NCBI GenBank assembly: GCA_035712125.1
Contig: DASTBJ010000769.1
Span: 1-38,907 of the forward strand
Direction of reading: 5' to 3'
From: Terriglobia bacterium
GTDB lineage: Bacteria; Acidobacteriota; Terriglobia; 20CM-2-55-15
DNA length: 38,907 nucleotides
The notes beneath the pieces are model-generated. The model did no database searches, was not told where the DNA came from, and was given only the letters and a program-made list of their open reading frames with translations. The position numbers were made by a program, and so were the translations under genes. Below, in pieces: positions 25,454 to 35,008 of this stretch; the stretch's first letter is position 1, and every line of letters starts with the position of its first letter.

Positions 25454-26740
25454 ATGAAGATGCGCTATCCGATCGGCTCAATCGCAATGTCCGCTACGGC
25501 GCTGGTCCTTGCGTCATTCATCTCCCAGGCGTGGCCGCAACAACCCGCGCCGCCCCAGGGTGGCGCGGGTGCACGCGGTCAGGGCGGCGCCGGGGGCCGT
25601 GGAAGCACGCCGCCGCCGATCAATTGGCCCTCGCCGCCTCTTCCTGCGGGGCCGATCGTCGTCGAAACCGCCATCCAGCGCAACATCAAGCTGTTTGTCA
25701 CGAAGGGTCTCAGTCAGCCCTGGAGCATGGCGTTTCTGCCTGACGGGAGCATCCTTGTCACGGAGCGCGCCGGCCGCCTGCGGATTGTCCGGAACGGCGT
25801 CCTCGATCCATCCCCCATCGCCGGCATTCCCGAAGTCCGTGCGCAAAGTCTGGCGGGGTTGATGGACCTTGCGCTGCATCCGCGCTTTGCGGAAAACCGA
25901 TTCGTTTACTTCAGTTATCACAAGCCGAATCCGGCCGGAGGGAATGCCGGAGTCGTCACGCTGGCTCGAGGACGATGGGATGGGAAGGCGCTGAACGAAG
26001 TCAGTGATCTCTTTACAGGTATCCCCACGGGAAACGCGTCGCGAATTGTGTTTGGCAAAGACGGCATGATTTACATGTCGATCGGTCATGGGGATAACAA
26101 TCCCGAGTTGGCTCAGGATCCCAGTACGCTCAATGGAAAGGTTCTCCGGCTGCGCGACGACGGGTCTGTACCGTCCGATAACCCGTTTGTCGGGCGAGCG
26201 GGACATCGCCCGGAGATCTTCACGTTGGGACATCGCAATCCTCTGGGTCTTGCGCTGAACCCCATCACCGGGGAAATTTGGGAGTGCGAAAACGGCCCGA
26301 ATGGTGCCGATGAGATCAACGTGCTCCAGGCCGGTAAGAACTACGGTTGGCCTGTCGTCAGTTACGGCCGCTTCTACCCCGGCCCGCGCGTCAGCGAGCG
26401 TCCCTGGCAGGAAGGCATGGAACAACCGCTTGTGTTCTGGGTTCCCGCGATCGCCATTTCAGGCATGACCTTCTATACCGGTGACAAGTTCCCGAACTGG
26501 AAGAATCACGTTTTCGTCGGAGGCATGCGCACCGGAGAAGTGCCTCGTTCGGGTCATCTCGAACGTATCGATTTTAACGACAAGTGGGAGGAACTGCATC
26601 GCGAGGGAATGCTGCGCGAACTGCAGAATCGCATTCGCGACGTGCGGCAGGGACCTGACGGGTTTCTTTACCTGCTCACGGCCGAGAATGACGGAGCGCT
26701 GATTCGCATTGAACCCACGACGGATCCCGTATCGCGCTAA
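25454..26740 (+). CDS. Secreted PQQ-dependent sugar dehydrogenase, copy 2
   Basis: Signal peptide followed by a Gln/Pro-Gly/Arg linker. QPWSMAFLPDGSILVTERAGRLRIV, IFTLGHRNPLG and YGWPVVSYG. It is a paralogue of 8325-9554, visibly alignable across most of its length. Confidence 0.85.
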   Translation: MKMRYPIGSIAMSATALVLASFISQAWPQQPAPPQGGAGARGQGGAGGRGSTPPPINWPSPPLPAGPIVVETAIQRNIKLFVTKGLSQPWSMAFLPDGSILVTERAGRLRIVRNGVLDPSPIAGIPEVRAQSLAGLMDLALHPRFAENRFVYFSYHKPNPAGGNAGVVTLARGRWDGKALNEVSDLFTGIPTGNASRIVFGKDGMIYMSIGHGDNNPELAQDPSTLNGKVLRLRDDGSVPSDNPFVGRAGHRPEIFTLGHRNPLGLALNPITGEIWECENGPNGADEINVLQAGKNYGWPVVSYGRFYPGPRVSERPWQEGMEQPLVFWVPAIAISGMTFYTGDKFPNWKNHVFVGGMRTGEVPRSGHLERIDFNDKWEELHREGMLRELQNRIRDVRQGPDGFLYLLTAENDGALIRIEPTTDPVSR

Positions 26741-26814
26741 ACGATGCCGCGGCAGTATTGGAAACCTGCAGCAGGTTGTTGTAACCTCCCGTCTTTCATT
26801 CCCCAGGAGGACCC

Positions 26815-28305
26815 ATGAAAAGGGCATTTGTGCTTGTGTTGACGTTGACCGCTCTGTTACTGACGCAGACTGTAATAGCCCAGGATGCAAAGACAGTCGT
26901 CGCCACCGCATCGAAAGCGATGGGAGTAGAGGGACTGAACTCCATTCATTATTACGGCGTCGCCCAGAACGGCAATCTCGGGCAGAACAATAACGCCAAT
27001 CAGCCCTGGCCGATGGCGAACGCCAATGATTACGTTCGCGCTATCGCCCTCGATCCCGCAAAGGCACAGTCGCGGGCGACGTGGGTGAACTATGCCGTGC
27101 CCGTGACCGGCGGCGCGGCTGCGCAAACGCCGGGCCAGCAAAATATCGCCGGCGATGCTCCATGGGCGCAGCAGCTCGAAATCTGGATCACGCCCTGGGG
27201 ATTTCTCAAGGGAGCTGCGGCGAACAACGCGACAGTCCGCGCGCAGACGCTCAACGGCAAGCGATATCAGGCGGTGACGTTTAGCCCCGCAAGTCCGAAA
27301 TCTCCAGGCGGTTTGCCCTATCGCGTCGTGGGCTATATCAATAGCGAGAATCTTGTTGAGAAGGTTCAAACATGGCTCGAACATCCCATGTTCGGAGACA
27401 TGCTGGTGGATGCCGACTATCTGCATTATCGTGAGGGCGCTAACGGGCTGAAGTATCCCGCGCAGATTGTACAGACGCGCGGCGGCTGGCCGACCTTCCG
27501 TGCGTACATTCTCGGCGCCCATCCGAACCCTGCGAACATACAGCAGTTGTTGACGGCTCCACCGCCGGCTGCACCAGCCGCTGCGGCCGCTCCGGCTGCG
27601 GCCGCAGCGCCTCCACGCACCTCAGAGCAGCTCGCCCCGGGCGTCTGGCGAATCAATGGCGCGTACAATGCGCTGGCGATTGAATTCGCCGATTACATCG
27701 TGCTCTATGAGCCCGGACCTCAAAACACACCGCAGGATCCGGAGGGCCGGGCCAGGGCGATCATCGCCGAGACAAAGCGAGTGATTCCAAATAAGCCGAT
27801 CCGCTTTGGCGTGATCTCTCACCATCATCTCGATCACACAGGGGGGTTGTCGGCGGTCGTAGCCGAGGGGATAACGATCGTCACGCCGGCTGTGAACAAG
27901 GCGTATCTGGTGAACGCTCTGTCTGCGCCGCGGACGCTCGCGCCCGATTCCTTGTCCAAGTCCGGCAAGAAGCCGATTGTCGACGGCTTTGTCGGCGACA
28001 AAAAGGTTTTTCAGGACGCCACGCGCACGTTCGAGCTTCATGTCGTGAAGAATCTGCCCCACGCTGATGGGAACGTGATCGGCTACTTACCCAAAGAAAA
28101 GATCCTGGTTTATGCGGACATGTTCAATCTGCCGACGGCGGCGTCGGGCCCGGTTCCGAATCCTCCGGTCATCGGTACGATGGTCTTCCTCGACAACATC
28201 GAGCGCTTGAAACTGGATGTGGAGCGGATCATGTCCGTGCACACGCTGAATCCGGATCGGTTGACTTCCGTTGCGGATATCCGAGCGTCGCTGGGAAGGA
28301 AGTGA
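26815..28305 (+). CDS. Secreted two-domain MBL-fold metallo-hydrolase
   Basis: Signal peptide, then an ~250-aa N-terminal domain of unknown type. An Ala/Pro linker (PPPAAPAAAAAPAAAAAPP) follows. The MBL domain has ISHHHLDHTGG and PHADGN. Confidence 0.8.
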   Translation: MKRAFVLVLTLTALLLTQTVIAQDAKTVVATASKAMGVEGLNSIHYYGVAQNGNLGQNNNANQPWPMANANDYVRAIALDPAKAQSRATWVNYAVPVTGGAAAQTPGQQNIAGDAPWAQQLEIWITPWGFLKGAAANNATVRAQTLNGKRYQAVTFSPASPKSPGGLPYRVVGYINSENLVEKVQTWLEHPMFGDMLVDADYLHYREGANGLKYPAQIVQTRGGWPTFRAYILGAHPNPANIQQLLTAPPPAAPAAAAAPAAAAAPPRTSEQLAPGVWRINGAYNALAIEFADYIVLYEPGPQNTPQDPEGRARAIIAETKRVIPNKPIRFGVISHHHLDHTGGLSAVVAEGITIVTPAVNKAYLVNALSAPRTLAPDSLSKSGKKPIVDGFVGDKKVFQDATRTFELHVVKNLPHADGNVIGYLPKEKILVYADMFNLPTAASGPVPNPPVIGTMVFLDNIERLKLDVERIMSVHTLNPDRLTSVADIRASLGRK

Positions 28306-28324
28306 CGTAGCGGAGTAGAGTTTT

Positions 28325-28358
28325 GGAAAGGCGCACCTGCGACTCCTGTGCGCCTTCC
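28325..28358. terminator. Hairpin in the convergent intergenic region (possible U-tract-less terminator)
   Basis: GGAAAGGCGCAC-(11 nt)-GTGCGCCTTCC, about an 11-bp stem with one bulge. There is no downstream T-tract on either strand. Confidence 0.3.
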
Positions 28359-28483
28359 CGCATCGGCCGACCAGAACCCGGTGCAATCGATGCTTTCGCG
28401 ACAGGGTCTGAAGGATCTTTCTCGGCGGTTGAACGCGCTCACCTGTTGACTCAGGCAATAACAGCCTTAACCTCTATGGCCCT

Positions 28484-29218
28484 CTACTTCGTCGTGCAGA
28501 CGCCAACTGTCTGGAGTGAGGTGACGTTGATGCGTGTGTCGGCATCGTCTTTATAGAGGAGGCCCTTGATGTCGACCTTCTTGCCCGAATGTTGCTGCGG
28601 GTCGAATCCGGCAACGTTCACCAGGAGGAAGTTCTGTTTGCCCAACGGAAGCGCGTCGGCTGTCTTTAGTTCTTCGGCCGTCGAAGCCTGATCTCGCGAC
28701 AGAACCGGTTCCGTAGTGTTAGTCAGAATCCAGCTCCTATTCGAACCGGCCGCAAGGCAACCCACAACACGCACGACTGAAAAGTTCGAGACGACCTGGA
28801 CGGCTCCCTTGCGCACAATCTGAATGTTCTCTAGTGTTTCGGCGTCGACCTTGAGTTCCTGCGTTCCCGCAGGATAGCCGTTGGTCCGAAGAAGAAATGT
28901 CAGGACGTCCAGTTTGGCCTCGTCCGTAAGGATCGTGCCGAAGTTTGGCGGCATCGTGTCCCGAATCTTCACGAAGAGTTTGTAAAGGTTTTCGTTTTCC
29001 CACGCCGTAATAAAACGGTTGCCATTGAGGGAGGGTGCCGTCAGGCCGGCCAGGTCCTGACCGTGACAGCGTGTGCAGCTTTGGGCGAAGTCTGCTTTGC
29101 CGCGTTCGGCCTGCTCGTTGCTGAAAATGCCGGTCCAGATCCGCGCTTCCTGTGCGCGCGCAGTCGAAGCGGTGCCGGAAACGATAAGGAACGCGAGGAT
29201 CAGAACACGCGGAGTCAT
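28484..29218 (-). CDS. Periplasmic c-type cytochrome domain protein with a beta-rich C-terminal domain
   Basis: Signal peptide MTPRVLILAFLIVSGTASTARAQ. A single CTRCH haem-binding motif with a downstream Met (RDTMPP). ATGA overlap with the ankyrin gene. Confidence 0.75.
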   Translation of the reverse strand: MTPRVLILAFLIVSGTASTARAQEARIWTGIFSNEQAERGKADFAQSCTRCHGQDLAGLTAPSLNGNRFITAWENENLYKLFVKIRDTMPPNFGTILTDEAKLDVLTFLLRTNGYPAGTQELKVDAETLENIQIVRKGAVQVVSNFSVVRVVGCLAAGSNRSWILTNTTEPVLSRDQASTAEELKTADALPLGKQNFLLVNVAGFDPQQHSGKKVDIKGLLYKDDADTRINVTSLQTVGVCTTK

Positions 29219-30738
29219 CTGAGGAATTCGCGAAGGATCGTCGCAGCGGCAAGATTACTGCCGCCGCCGCCGGGGCCGCCGCCTCGTGCGCCGCGGCCAC
29301 CCGCTCCCGGAGCTGGGGGCCCGCCCGGGCCCGCTCCAACACCCAGTGCCAGATCCATCGGAGTGCGGCCTTGTTTGTTCTTCATGTCGAGCTTGGCGCC
29401 ACTCTCGGCGAGATATCGAACGATCAGGTTGTTGCCGCGCTGCACGGCGATATGAAGAAGTGTCTGGCCATTGGCATTGAAGGCGTCAATATCGAGACCA
29501 TGCGCCACCCCCAGCTTGATCGTTTCGAGGATGGCTGATTCGTTTCCAGCGCCGCGACCATTCATCAGGATCATCGCCATGTTGGAGTAATCCTTCTGTG
29601 TGAGCGATGGGTTGGCGCCTCCCTGAATCAGTGCCTTGATAACTTCAAAGTCCGAGGATTTCGCGGCGCGCATTAGCGCCGTCGTGCCTTCGCCCATGGA
29701 CGCATCCCCGGAATCGTGATGCCGGCCGATGATGGGCTTCTTCAATCCGACATTGGGATTGGCTCCGTGCTTTAACAGAACCGGCACGAGCGCGGCCGCA
29801 TCCAGTTTATCGATCACCTTCGGCGCCGGACGACTCAGCATTGGGGCCAGCGTATGCATATCCACTGCAGCGTAGAGCGCTGTCATCCCCGAACTGTCCG
29901 CAATGTTGAGATCAGCGCCTTTCTCCGCCAGCATCGCCGCAAGATCAAAATGTGCGTTGATGATGGCAACGATCGTGGCCGTCGTTCCATCGGGGTCCGT
30001 CAGATTCGGGTTTGCGCCCGCTTCCACCAGGGCTCGAGCCGCTTCCATGGAACCCTGGCGGGCCGCGTACATCAGCGGCGTCCAGCCGCCCTTCGGCAAC
30101 GCGGTTATGACCATACCGGAAGTAAGGAACTTGAACTCCGGGAACTCCATCAGTCTGGACTTCGCGTTGAGGTCCCCACCGCCGTCTGCAAGCACTCGAA
30201 TCGCGGCCGCATTGTTTTCCGCGGCGGCCCACATCATGGCTGTTTCACCGAAGCGCTGTTCGCGCTGGTTAGGTTTTGCTCCATGGGACAGGAGCATGCC
30301 GACTGCGTCGGGTTTACCGGTATGCGCGGCCGTCATCAGAGCGGTTTCACCCGTCGGGAGCGTTGCATCGGGATCCGCGCCGGCTTTCAGAAGAAGCTCG
30401 ATCATCCCAGCGTTCCCATTTTCTGCCGCGAATTTCAATGGACTGATGCCGTAGCGATCGGTCAGGCGGGCATTCGCGCCGGCCTGCAGGAGCAACTTGA
30501 CCGCTTCCATGTCATCGGAGCGCACCGCCCAATGCAGAGCGGTCGTGCCGTCTGTCGCGACGGCATTAACGGGAACTCTCTCTTTCAGGAGCGTTCGAAT
30601 AGTCGCCTTGTTTCCCTGCTTTGCGGCGTCGATCAGGCGGCGGTCATTCTGGGCGGCACGCATGCCGGCAGCAACGGAGAGCACGACCAGAAACGTTGCC
30701 AGACTCCTTGCCGCAAGTTTGTGTTTCCGTCCTCGCAC
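29215..30738 (-). CDS. Periplasmic ankyrin-repeat protein with a Gly/Arg-rich C-terminal tail
   Basis: About a dozen ANK repeats (..G.TALHWAV......VKLLLQAGAN.N...). I place the start at GTG 30738. It overlaps the upstream TAG (TAGTG) and yields a Sec-type leader, VRGRKHKLAARSLATFLVVLSVAAG. The ORF-track start at 30951 lies inside the upstream gene. Confidence 0.85.
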   Translation of the reverse strand: MRGRKHKLAARSLATFLVVLSVAAGMRAAQNDRRLIDAAKQGNKATIRTLLKERVPVNAVATDGTTALHWAVRSDDMEAVKLLLQAGANARLTDRYGISPLKFAAENGNAGMIELLLKAGADPDATLPTGETALMTAAHTGKPDAVGMLLSHGAKPNQREQRFGETAMMWAAAENNAAAIRVLADGGGDLNAKSRLMEFPEFKFLTSGMVITALPKGGWTPLMYAARQGSMEAARALVEAGANPNLTDPDGTTATIVAIINAHFDLAAMLAEKGADLNIADSSGMTALYAAVDMHTLAPMLSRPAPKVIDKLDAAALVPVLLKHGANPNVGLKKPIIGRHHDSGDASMGEGTTALMRAAKSSDFEVIKALIQGGANPSLTQKDYSNMAMILMNGRGAGNESAILETIKLGVAHGLDIDAFNANGQTLLHIAVQRGNNLIVRYLAESGAKLDMKNKQGRTPMDLALGVGAGPGGPPAPGAGGRGARGGGPGGGGSNLAAATILREFLR

Positions 30739-32057
30739 TAAACCTCGAACCTCCCTGTACTCAGCGTCCCGTACTTTGCTGTCTCTCCGCCGAACTTCTG
30801 CGCGAGATCCAACAGCAGGTTCGCAAACGGTGTCTGCGGCGGAGCCTGAATGTGCCTGTTGCCCTTCAAAAGACCTGCACCCCCTCCAACAAGCAACGTT
30901 GGAATGTCCAGCCTGGAGTGCGTATTGCTCTCGCTCATGCCGCTGCCCCACAGGATCAACGAATGATCCAGCAATGACCCGTCACCATCCGGAGTAGAAC
31001 GCAGCTTCTCGAGAAATCGTCCGAACAACGAAATGTGGTACGTATTCAGCTTCACGAGATTCTGGATCTTCGACTCATCGCCGCCGTGATGCGACATCGA
31101 ATGGTGCGGCTCGGTCAACCCGAGGTTTGGATACACCCGCTGGCTCGCATCGCGGCTGATCATGTATGTGAAGACGCGCGTGATATCGGCTTCAAGTGCC
31201 AGTGCCAGCAGATCGAACTGCAGCATGGCATGGTCTTCGAAGGATTCCGGAATTCCAATCGGAGCGTCCGGCACTCGGATTTCGGTCGTTGCCTGCTGCT
31301 CCGCTCGCTCAATACGGCGTTCGATTTCCCGCACGTTCTCGAGATAAGCCTCCAGGCGTTTGCGGTCACCCGGACCCAGACTCGCTTCAAGATCCGCAAC
31401 ATCCTGTTTCACGGAATCGAGAATGCTGCGATCTCTCGTCATGCGTTCAATGCGCTGAGCGCTGGTGCCTGGTCTCCCAAACAGACGCTCAAAAACGATT
31501 CTGGGGTTGATCTCCATGGGAAGCGGGGTCGTGGGATTACGCCATGAGATCGTGTTCATGTAGGCGCACGAATACGCCGGATCGCACCCGCCGATGTATC
31601 CGGTGAAGTCTTCTGTCGCCAGCTCAAGCGATGGATAGACCGTTTCCTGACCGATCTGACCGGCGATGACCTGGTCGATGGAGATTCCTGCCAGCACGTC
31701 TTCGGCGATAGTGCGCTTGGGAGTTGACCCGGTGAGCCAGGCCCCCACACTGACAGCATGGCCGTCCAGCGGATTGCACAAATTAGACACGACAGTCAGA
31801 TGGTTCCGGAACGGCTCGAGCGGTTTCAGGATCGGAGAAAAGTCGAAGTCCGCGCCTGTATTCTTCGGATTCCAAAAACCCGGCCGCTCTCCAAGAGGAA
31901 CCATGGCGACGCCGAACCGGCGTTGCTTCGGATTCGCGGCGGCTTTGGCAGTAGCGGTCAGAGCGGGTGACATGGCCTCGAGAAATGGCAGGGCCAGCGT
32001 CGCGCCCATGCCGCGCAGAACGGCGCGTCGGGATAAATGCATCTTTGTAATGAACAT
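30738..32057 (-). CDS. Tat-signal DUF1552-family protein (HxxSHH motif)
   Basis: MFITKMHLSRRAVLRGMGATLALPFLEA twin-arginine leader. The HSMSHHGG motif and overall pattern are typical of DUF1552. AAGGAGG lies 6 nt upstream of the ATG. Confidence 0.85.
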   Translation of the reverse strand: MFITKMHLSRRAVLRGMGATLALPFLEAMSPALTATAKAAANPKQRRFGVAMVPLGERPGFWNPKNTGADFDFSPILKPLEPFRNHLTVVSNLCNPLDGHAVSVGAWLTGSTPKRTIAEDVLAGISIDQVIAGQIGQETVYPSLELATEDFTGYIGGCDPAYSCAYMNTISWRNPTTPLPMEINPRIVFERLFGRPGTSAQRIERMTRDRSILDSVKQDVADLEASLGPGDRKRLEAYLENVREIERRIERAEQQATTEIRVPDAPIGIPESFEDHAMLQFDLLALALEADITRVFTYMISRDASQRVYPNLGLTEPHHSMSHHGGDESKIQNLVKLNTYHISLFGRFLEKLRSTPDGDGSLLDHSLILWGSGMSESNTHSRLDIPTLLVGGGAGLLKGNRHIQAPPQTPFANLLLDLAQKFGGETAKYGTLSTGRFEV

Positions 32058-32068
32058 GGTCTCCCTCC

Positions 32069-34468
32069 TTAGTTGCTGCTACCTGACGCCTTGACTCTCA
32101 TCTGGAACGGTGTGCTCTGGACGATTTCTGAAACAATCGATGAAAACCTGTAGTTGCTTCGCGCAGAGTCTCGCACGATCGCGCGGACCGTGGGCATATC
32201 GTAATGCGCGAGACCCCTGCCGAGCGCATAAGTCATGAGTTTCTCTGTGAAGGTCTCGACGAATATCTCAGGATCCCGCAATAGCGCTTTCTTGAGATCG
32301 ATCACACCATTGACCTTCGTTCCATCCAACAACTGTCCGGAAGCATCGATGGGCAAACGAGCTTCGTGGGTTCTCCAGGCGCCTACTGCATCAAAGTTCT
32401 CCATAGCGAAACCGATGGGATCCATGATGCTGTGACAGCCGGAGCATGCCGGGTTCTCTCGATGCTCCTCCATCCGTTCTCTCATCGACAGAATCTTGCC
32501 CTCGCGCACCGCGCTCTCCTTCAAAGGAGGAACCATCGCGGGTGGGGGTGGTGGTGGCGCTCCCATCAGATTTTCCAGGATCCACTTTCCGCGAACGACG
32601 GGTGAAGTCCGATCTGTATGCGAGGTCACCATCAGAATGCTGCCTTGTCCCAGCAGTCCCTTACGTGCGTCGTCCGCGATCGCGACGCGACGGAAATGAC
32701 TTCCATAAACATTCGGAATCCCGTAGTGCTTCGCGAGGCGTTCATTCACGAACGTGTACTCGGCGGTCATGAGATCCAGCACATTCCGGTCTTCCTGAAT
32801 AATGCTGTAGAAGAATAACTCCGTCTCGCGCTGAAGTGCGTGGCGCAGGTTGTCATCGAAGTCCGGAAACTCAAGCGAGTTGGGTATTTGGTTCTTCAGA
32901 TTCCGCAGATATAACCATTGGCCGGCGAAGTTCTGAACGAGAGCGTGCGCTTTGGGATCCGCCAACATGCGGCGCACCTGCTGGTCCATAGCAGCGGCGG
33001 TCCTCAATCGTCCCTGTGCTGCCGCGGTGAGGAGCTCATCATCGGGAATGCTGCTCCATAGAAAGAACGATAGGCGCGACGCCATCTCGAGGTCGTTTAC
33101 TCGATACACGGATCCTGCAGCCACGTTCGTAGGGTTCGTTTCTGTTCTGAAAATGAACTTGGGACTCGAGAGCACTCTCTGCAGCGCCACCTGGATACCC
33201 TTCTCGAAGTCTTTGCCGGCGCGTTCGGTCTTGTAAAACGACATCAGCCTTTCGATGTCCGTCGGTTTCTCCAATCCGCGATACGCCCGATGAACAAGTG
33301 TGGCGAGAATTTTTCGTGCACAAGGCTCCTCGTCAGCCGCGTTCTTTGGTCTGCAGACAAACACCCTCCGGCGGCTCGGCGTATCGCCGGGGCCCGTCGC
33401 GTTAAATGGTCCGGTGATGGTGAATGAATCGATGTGGGCGTGTCCGGACGGATCCAGAGTATCGTTCGAACTCCGAATAAACGGCTGGAGCCGGAGTGTG
33501 TTTTCTCCCGGCTTTTCGATGAATGCCACCCCGATCTCTCGAGGCCCCGCCTTCAGGTTTACCCGCGTCGCCGATCGTCGCTCTGCATCGTCCGCAGCGA
33601 GCGTGATGTTTTCGAGCGCCCACTTGAAATCCGCGTCGCCACCAAACTTACCGAGGTGGACGCGTTCGCCGTCGACTGTGATTTCGACTTCATGCGGGTA
33701 CTCCAGGCCTCGCATGGCGCCCAGGTTGGTGCGGAAGTATCGAACCGAGATCGCATATTCACCGTCGAGAGGAAGATTCACTTTCGCGAGCGCTCCACCC
33801 ACCGTCCCCAAGGGGAGGCCTTCGATGTGCCGGTCCTGCGACGCATCCTGCCGGATCCGAATAGTCTGGCTCCCCGGCCGGGTATCGGGATCGCCAACTG
33901 CAAGGGAACTGATCTGACCCGCTGCCGACAAGTAGCGCTCCAACAGAACCGGGGAAACAACGAGAATGTCCGCATTGTTGTCGAATCCGTAACCGGAATC
34001 ATCCGGTGGCAGCAAAGTCGCGGGGTCCACTTCGAGCGCGAGCAGATCGCGGACTGCGTTCGCGTATTCCGCCCGGTTCAACCGCCGAAGCAAGGGACGC
34101 CCAGGATCGGGCCGTCTTTCCGCTGCTCGGTCAAGGTTGGTCACCAGCCAGGACGCGAGGTTATTCCGAACTGCGTCGTCGGGCTTCGGTTTGCCCTGCG
34201 GCGGCATCATTCCCGACCGCAGCTTTCGGACCACCTTTTCCCAAACATCGGCGTTGGCGGCAATGTTGTTGAAATCAATCGCTTCAAGCGATAGTCCCGC
34301 TGTTTTCAGGGTCTGGTTATGACACGTGACGCAGTATTGGTTAACTACTGCCCGATATTGAGCGCCTGCGGAATTCGCCCCGGACTGAATCGTCGCCGCT
34401 ACGGGGATCGGCCGCGCCGGAGATAGGATCCAAAACGATAAGGCCAATATAAAGAGACGTTTGCCCAT
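32069..34468 (-). CDS. Multi-domain DUF1592-type protein (planctomycete-cytochrome/PSD architecture: DUF1587-DUF1592-DUF1595-DUF1588-DUF1585) with two CxxCH motifs
   Basis: Signal peptide. CVTCHNQ near the N-terminus, RRLNRAEYANAVRDLL, and a C-terminal CSGCHSIMDPIGFAMENFDAVGAWR. Confidence 0.85.
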   Translation of the reverse strand: MGKRLFILALSFWILSPARPIPVAATIQSGANSAGAQYRAVVNQYCVTCHNQTLKTAGLSLEAIDFNNIAANADVWEKVVRKLRSGMMPPQGKPKPDDAVRNNLASWLVTNLDRAAERRPDPGRPLLRRLNRAEYANAVRDLLALEVDPATLLPPDDSGYGFDNNADILVVSPVLLERYLSAAGQISSLAVGDPDTRPGSQTIRIRQDASQDRHIEGLPLGTVGGALAKVNLPLDGEYAISVRYFRTNLGAMRGLEYPHEVEITVDGERVHLGKFGGDADFKWALENITLAADDAERRSATRVNLKAGPREIGVAFIEKPGENTLRLQPFIRSSNDTLDPSGHAHIDSFTITGPFNATGPGDTPSRRRVFVCRPKNAADEEPCARKILATLVHRAYRGLEKPTDIERLMSFYKTERAGKDFEKGIQVALQRVLSSPKFIFRTETNPTNVAAGSVYRVNDLEMASRLSFFLWSSIPDDELLTAAAQGRLRTAAAMDQQVRRMLADPKAHALVQNFAGQWLYLRNLKNQIPNSLEFPDFDDNLRHALQRETELFFYSIIQEDRNVLDLMTAEYTFVNERLAKHYGIPNVYGSHFRRVAIADDARKGLLGQGSILMVTSHTDRTSPVVRGKWILENLMGAPPPPPPAMVPPLKESAVREGKILSMRERMEEHRENPACSGCHSIMDPIGFAMENFDAVGAWRTHEARLPIDASGQLLDGTKVNGVIDLKKALLRDPEIFVETFTEKLMTYALGRGLAHYDMPTVRAIVRDSARSNYRFSSIVSEIVQSTPFQMRVKASGSSN

Positions 34469-34537
34469 GGGGAATCTGGCGCGGAGTATATATCAGTGGT
34501 CTTGTGCCATGCGAGTTCTTTGGGTTACTCTCGCTCC

Positions 34538-35008
34538 ATGCATTACGCCGTGATAAACAGCCCGATGGGACCACTTACCCTCGCTGTCTCAGACAAGGGC
34601 CTCGCCTCCATAAAGTTCGGGAACGCGGTTCCCGAGGGTGCGGTTCCCGAAGCGAATGCAAGCCAGGAAACGGTCGATCAGCTCACGGAATACTTTCAAG
34701 GAAAGAGGACCCAATTCGATCTTCCGCTCGATATCGAGGGTACCGATTTTCAGAAAGCGGTCTGGAGCGAGTTGCAACGGATTCCGTACGGGGAAACCCG
34801 CTCTTACGGTGACATTGCGAAAGCCATCGGACGTCCTGGTGCAGCCCGAGCCGTTGGAATGGCCAACCACGACAACCCACTTGCGGTCGTTATTCCTTGC
34901 CATCGTGTCGTCGGGCGGGATGGTTCACTTACCGGTTATGCCGGAGGTGTTCATTTGAAGGCACAACTTCTTTCAATCGAACGCCGGCACCGAACACTTT
35001 TCACGTAA
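34538..35008 (+). CDS. ogt: Methylated-DNA--protein-cysteine methyltransferase
   Basis: PCHRVVG active site and YGETRSYGDIAKAIG. I prefer ATG 34538 (MHYAVINSPMGPLTL) over the upstream start in the ORF track. Confidence 0.9.
   Translation: MHYAVINSPMGPLTLAVSDKGLASIKFGNAVPEGAVPEANASQETVDQLTEYFQGKRTQFDLPLDIEGTDFQKAVWSELQRIPYGETRSYGDIAKAIGRPGAARAVGMANHDNPLAVVIPCHRVVGRDGSLTGYAGGVHLKAQLLSIERRHRTLFT

Noticed and set aside
25514-26425. 303-aa ORF antisense to PQQ-dehydrogenase copy 2. Similar shadows lie at 3257-4132, 3852-4559, 13115-13957, 19627-20520, 22018-22707, 22855-23598, 24645-25283, 26857-27522, 29854-30741 and 33434-34294
   Set aside because: Each lies opposite a gene with strong family motifs and has biased Arg/Gly/Pro composition. 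None has a plausible RBS or recognisable domain.
27540-27615. GC-rich near-tandem DNA repeat (gctgcggccgc...)
   Set aside because: It simply encodes the Ala/Pro interdomain linker (PPPAAPAAAAAPAAAAAPP) of the MBL protein. It is not an independent repeat element.
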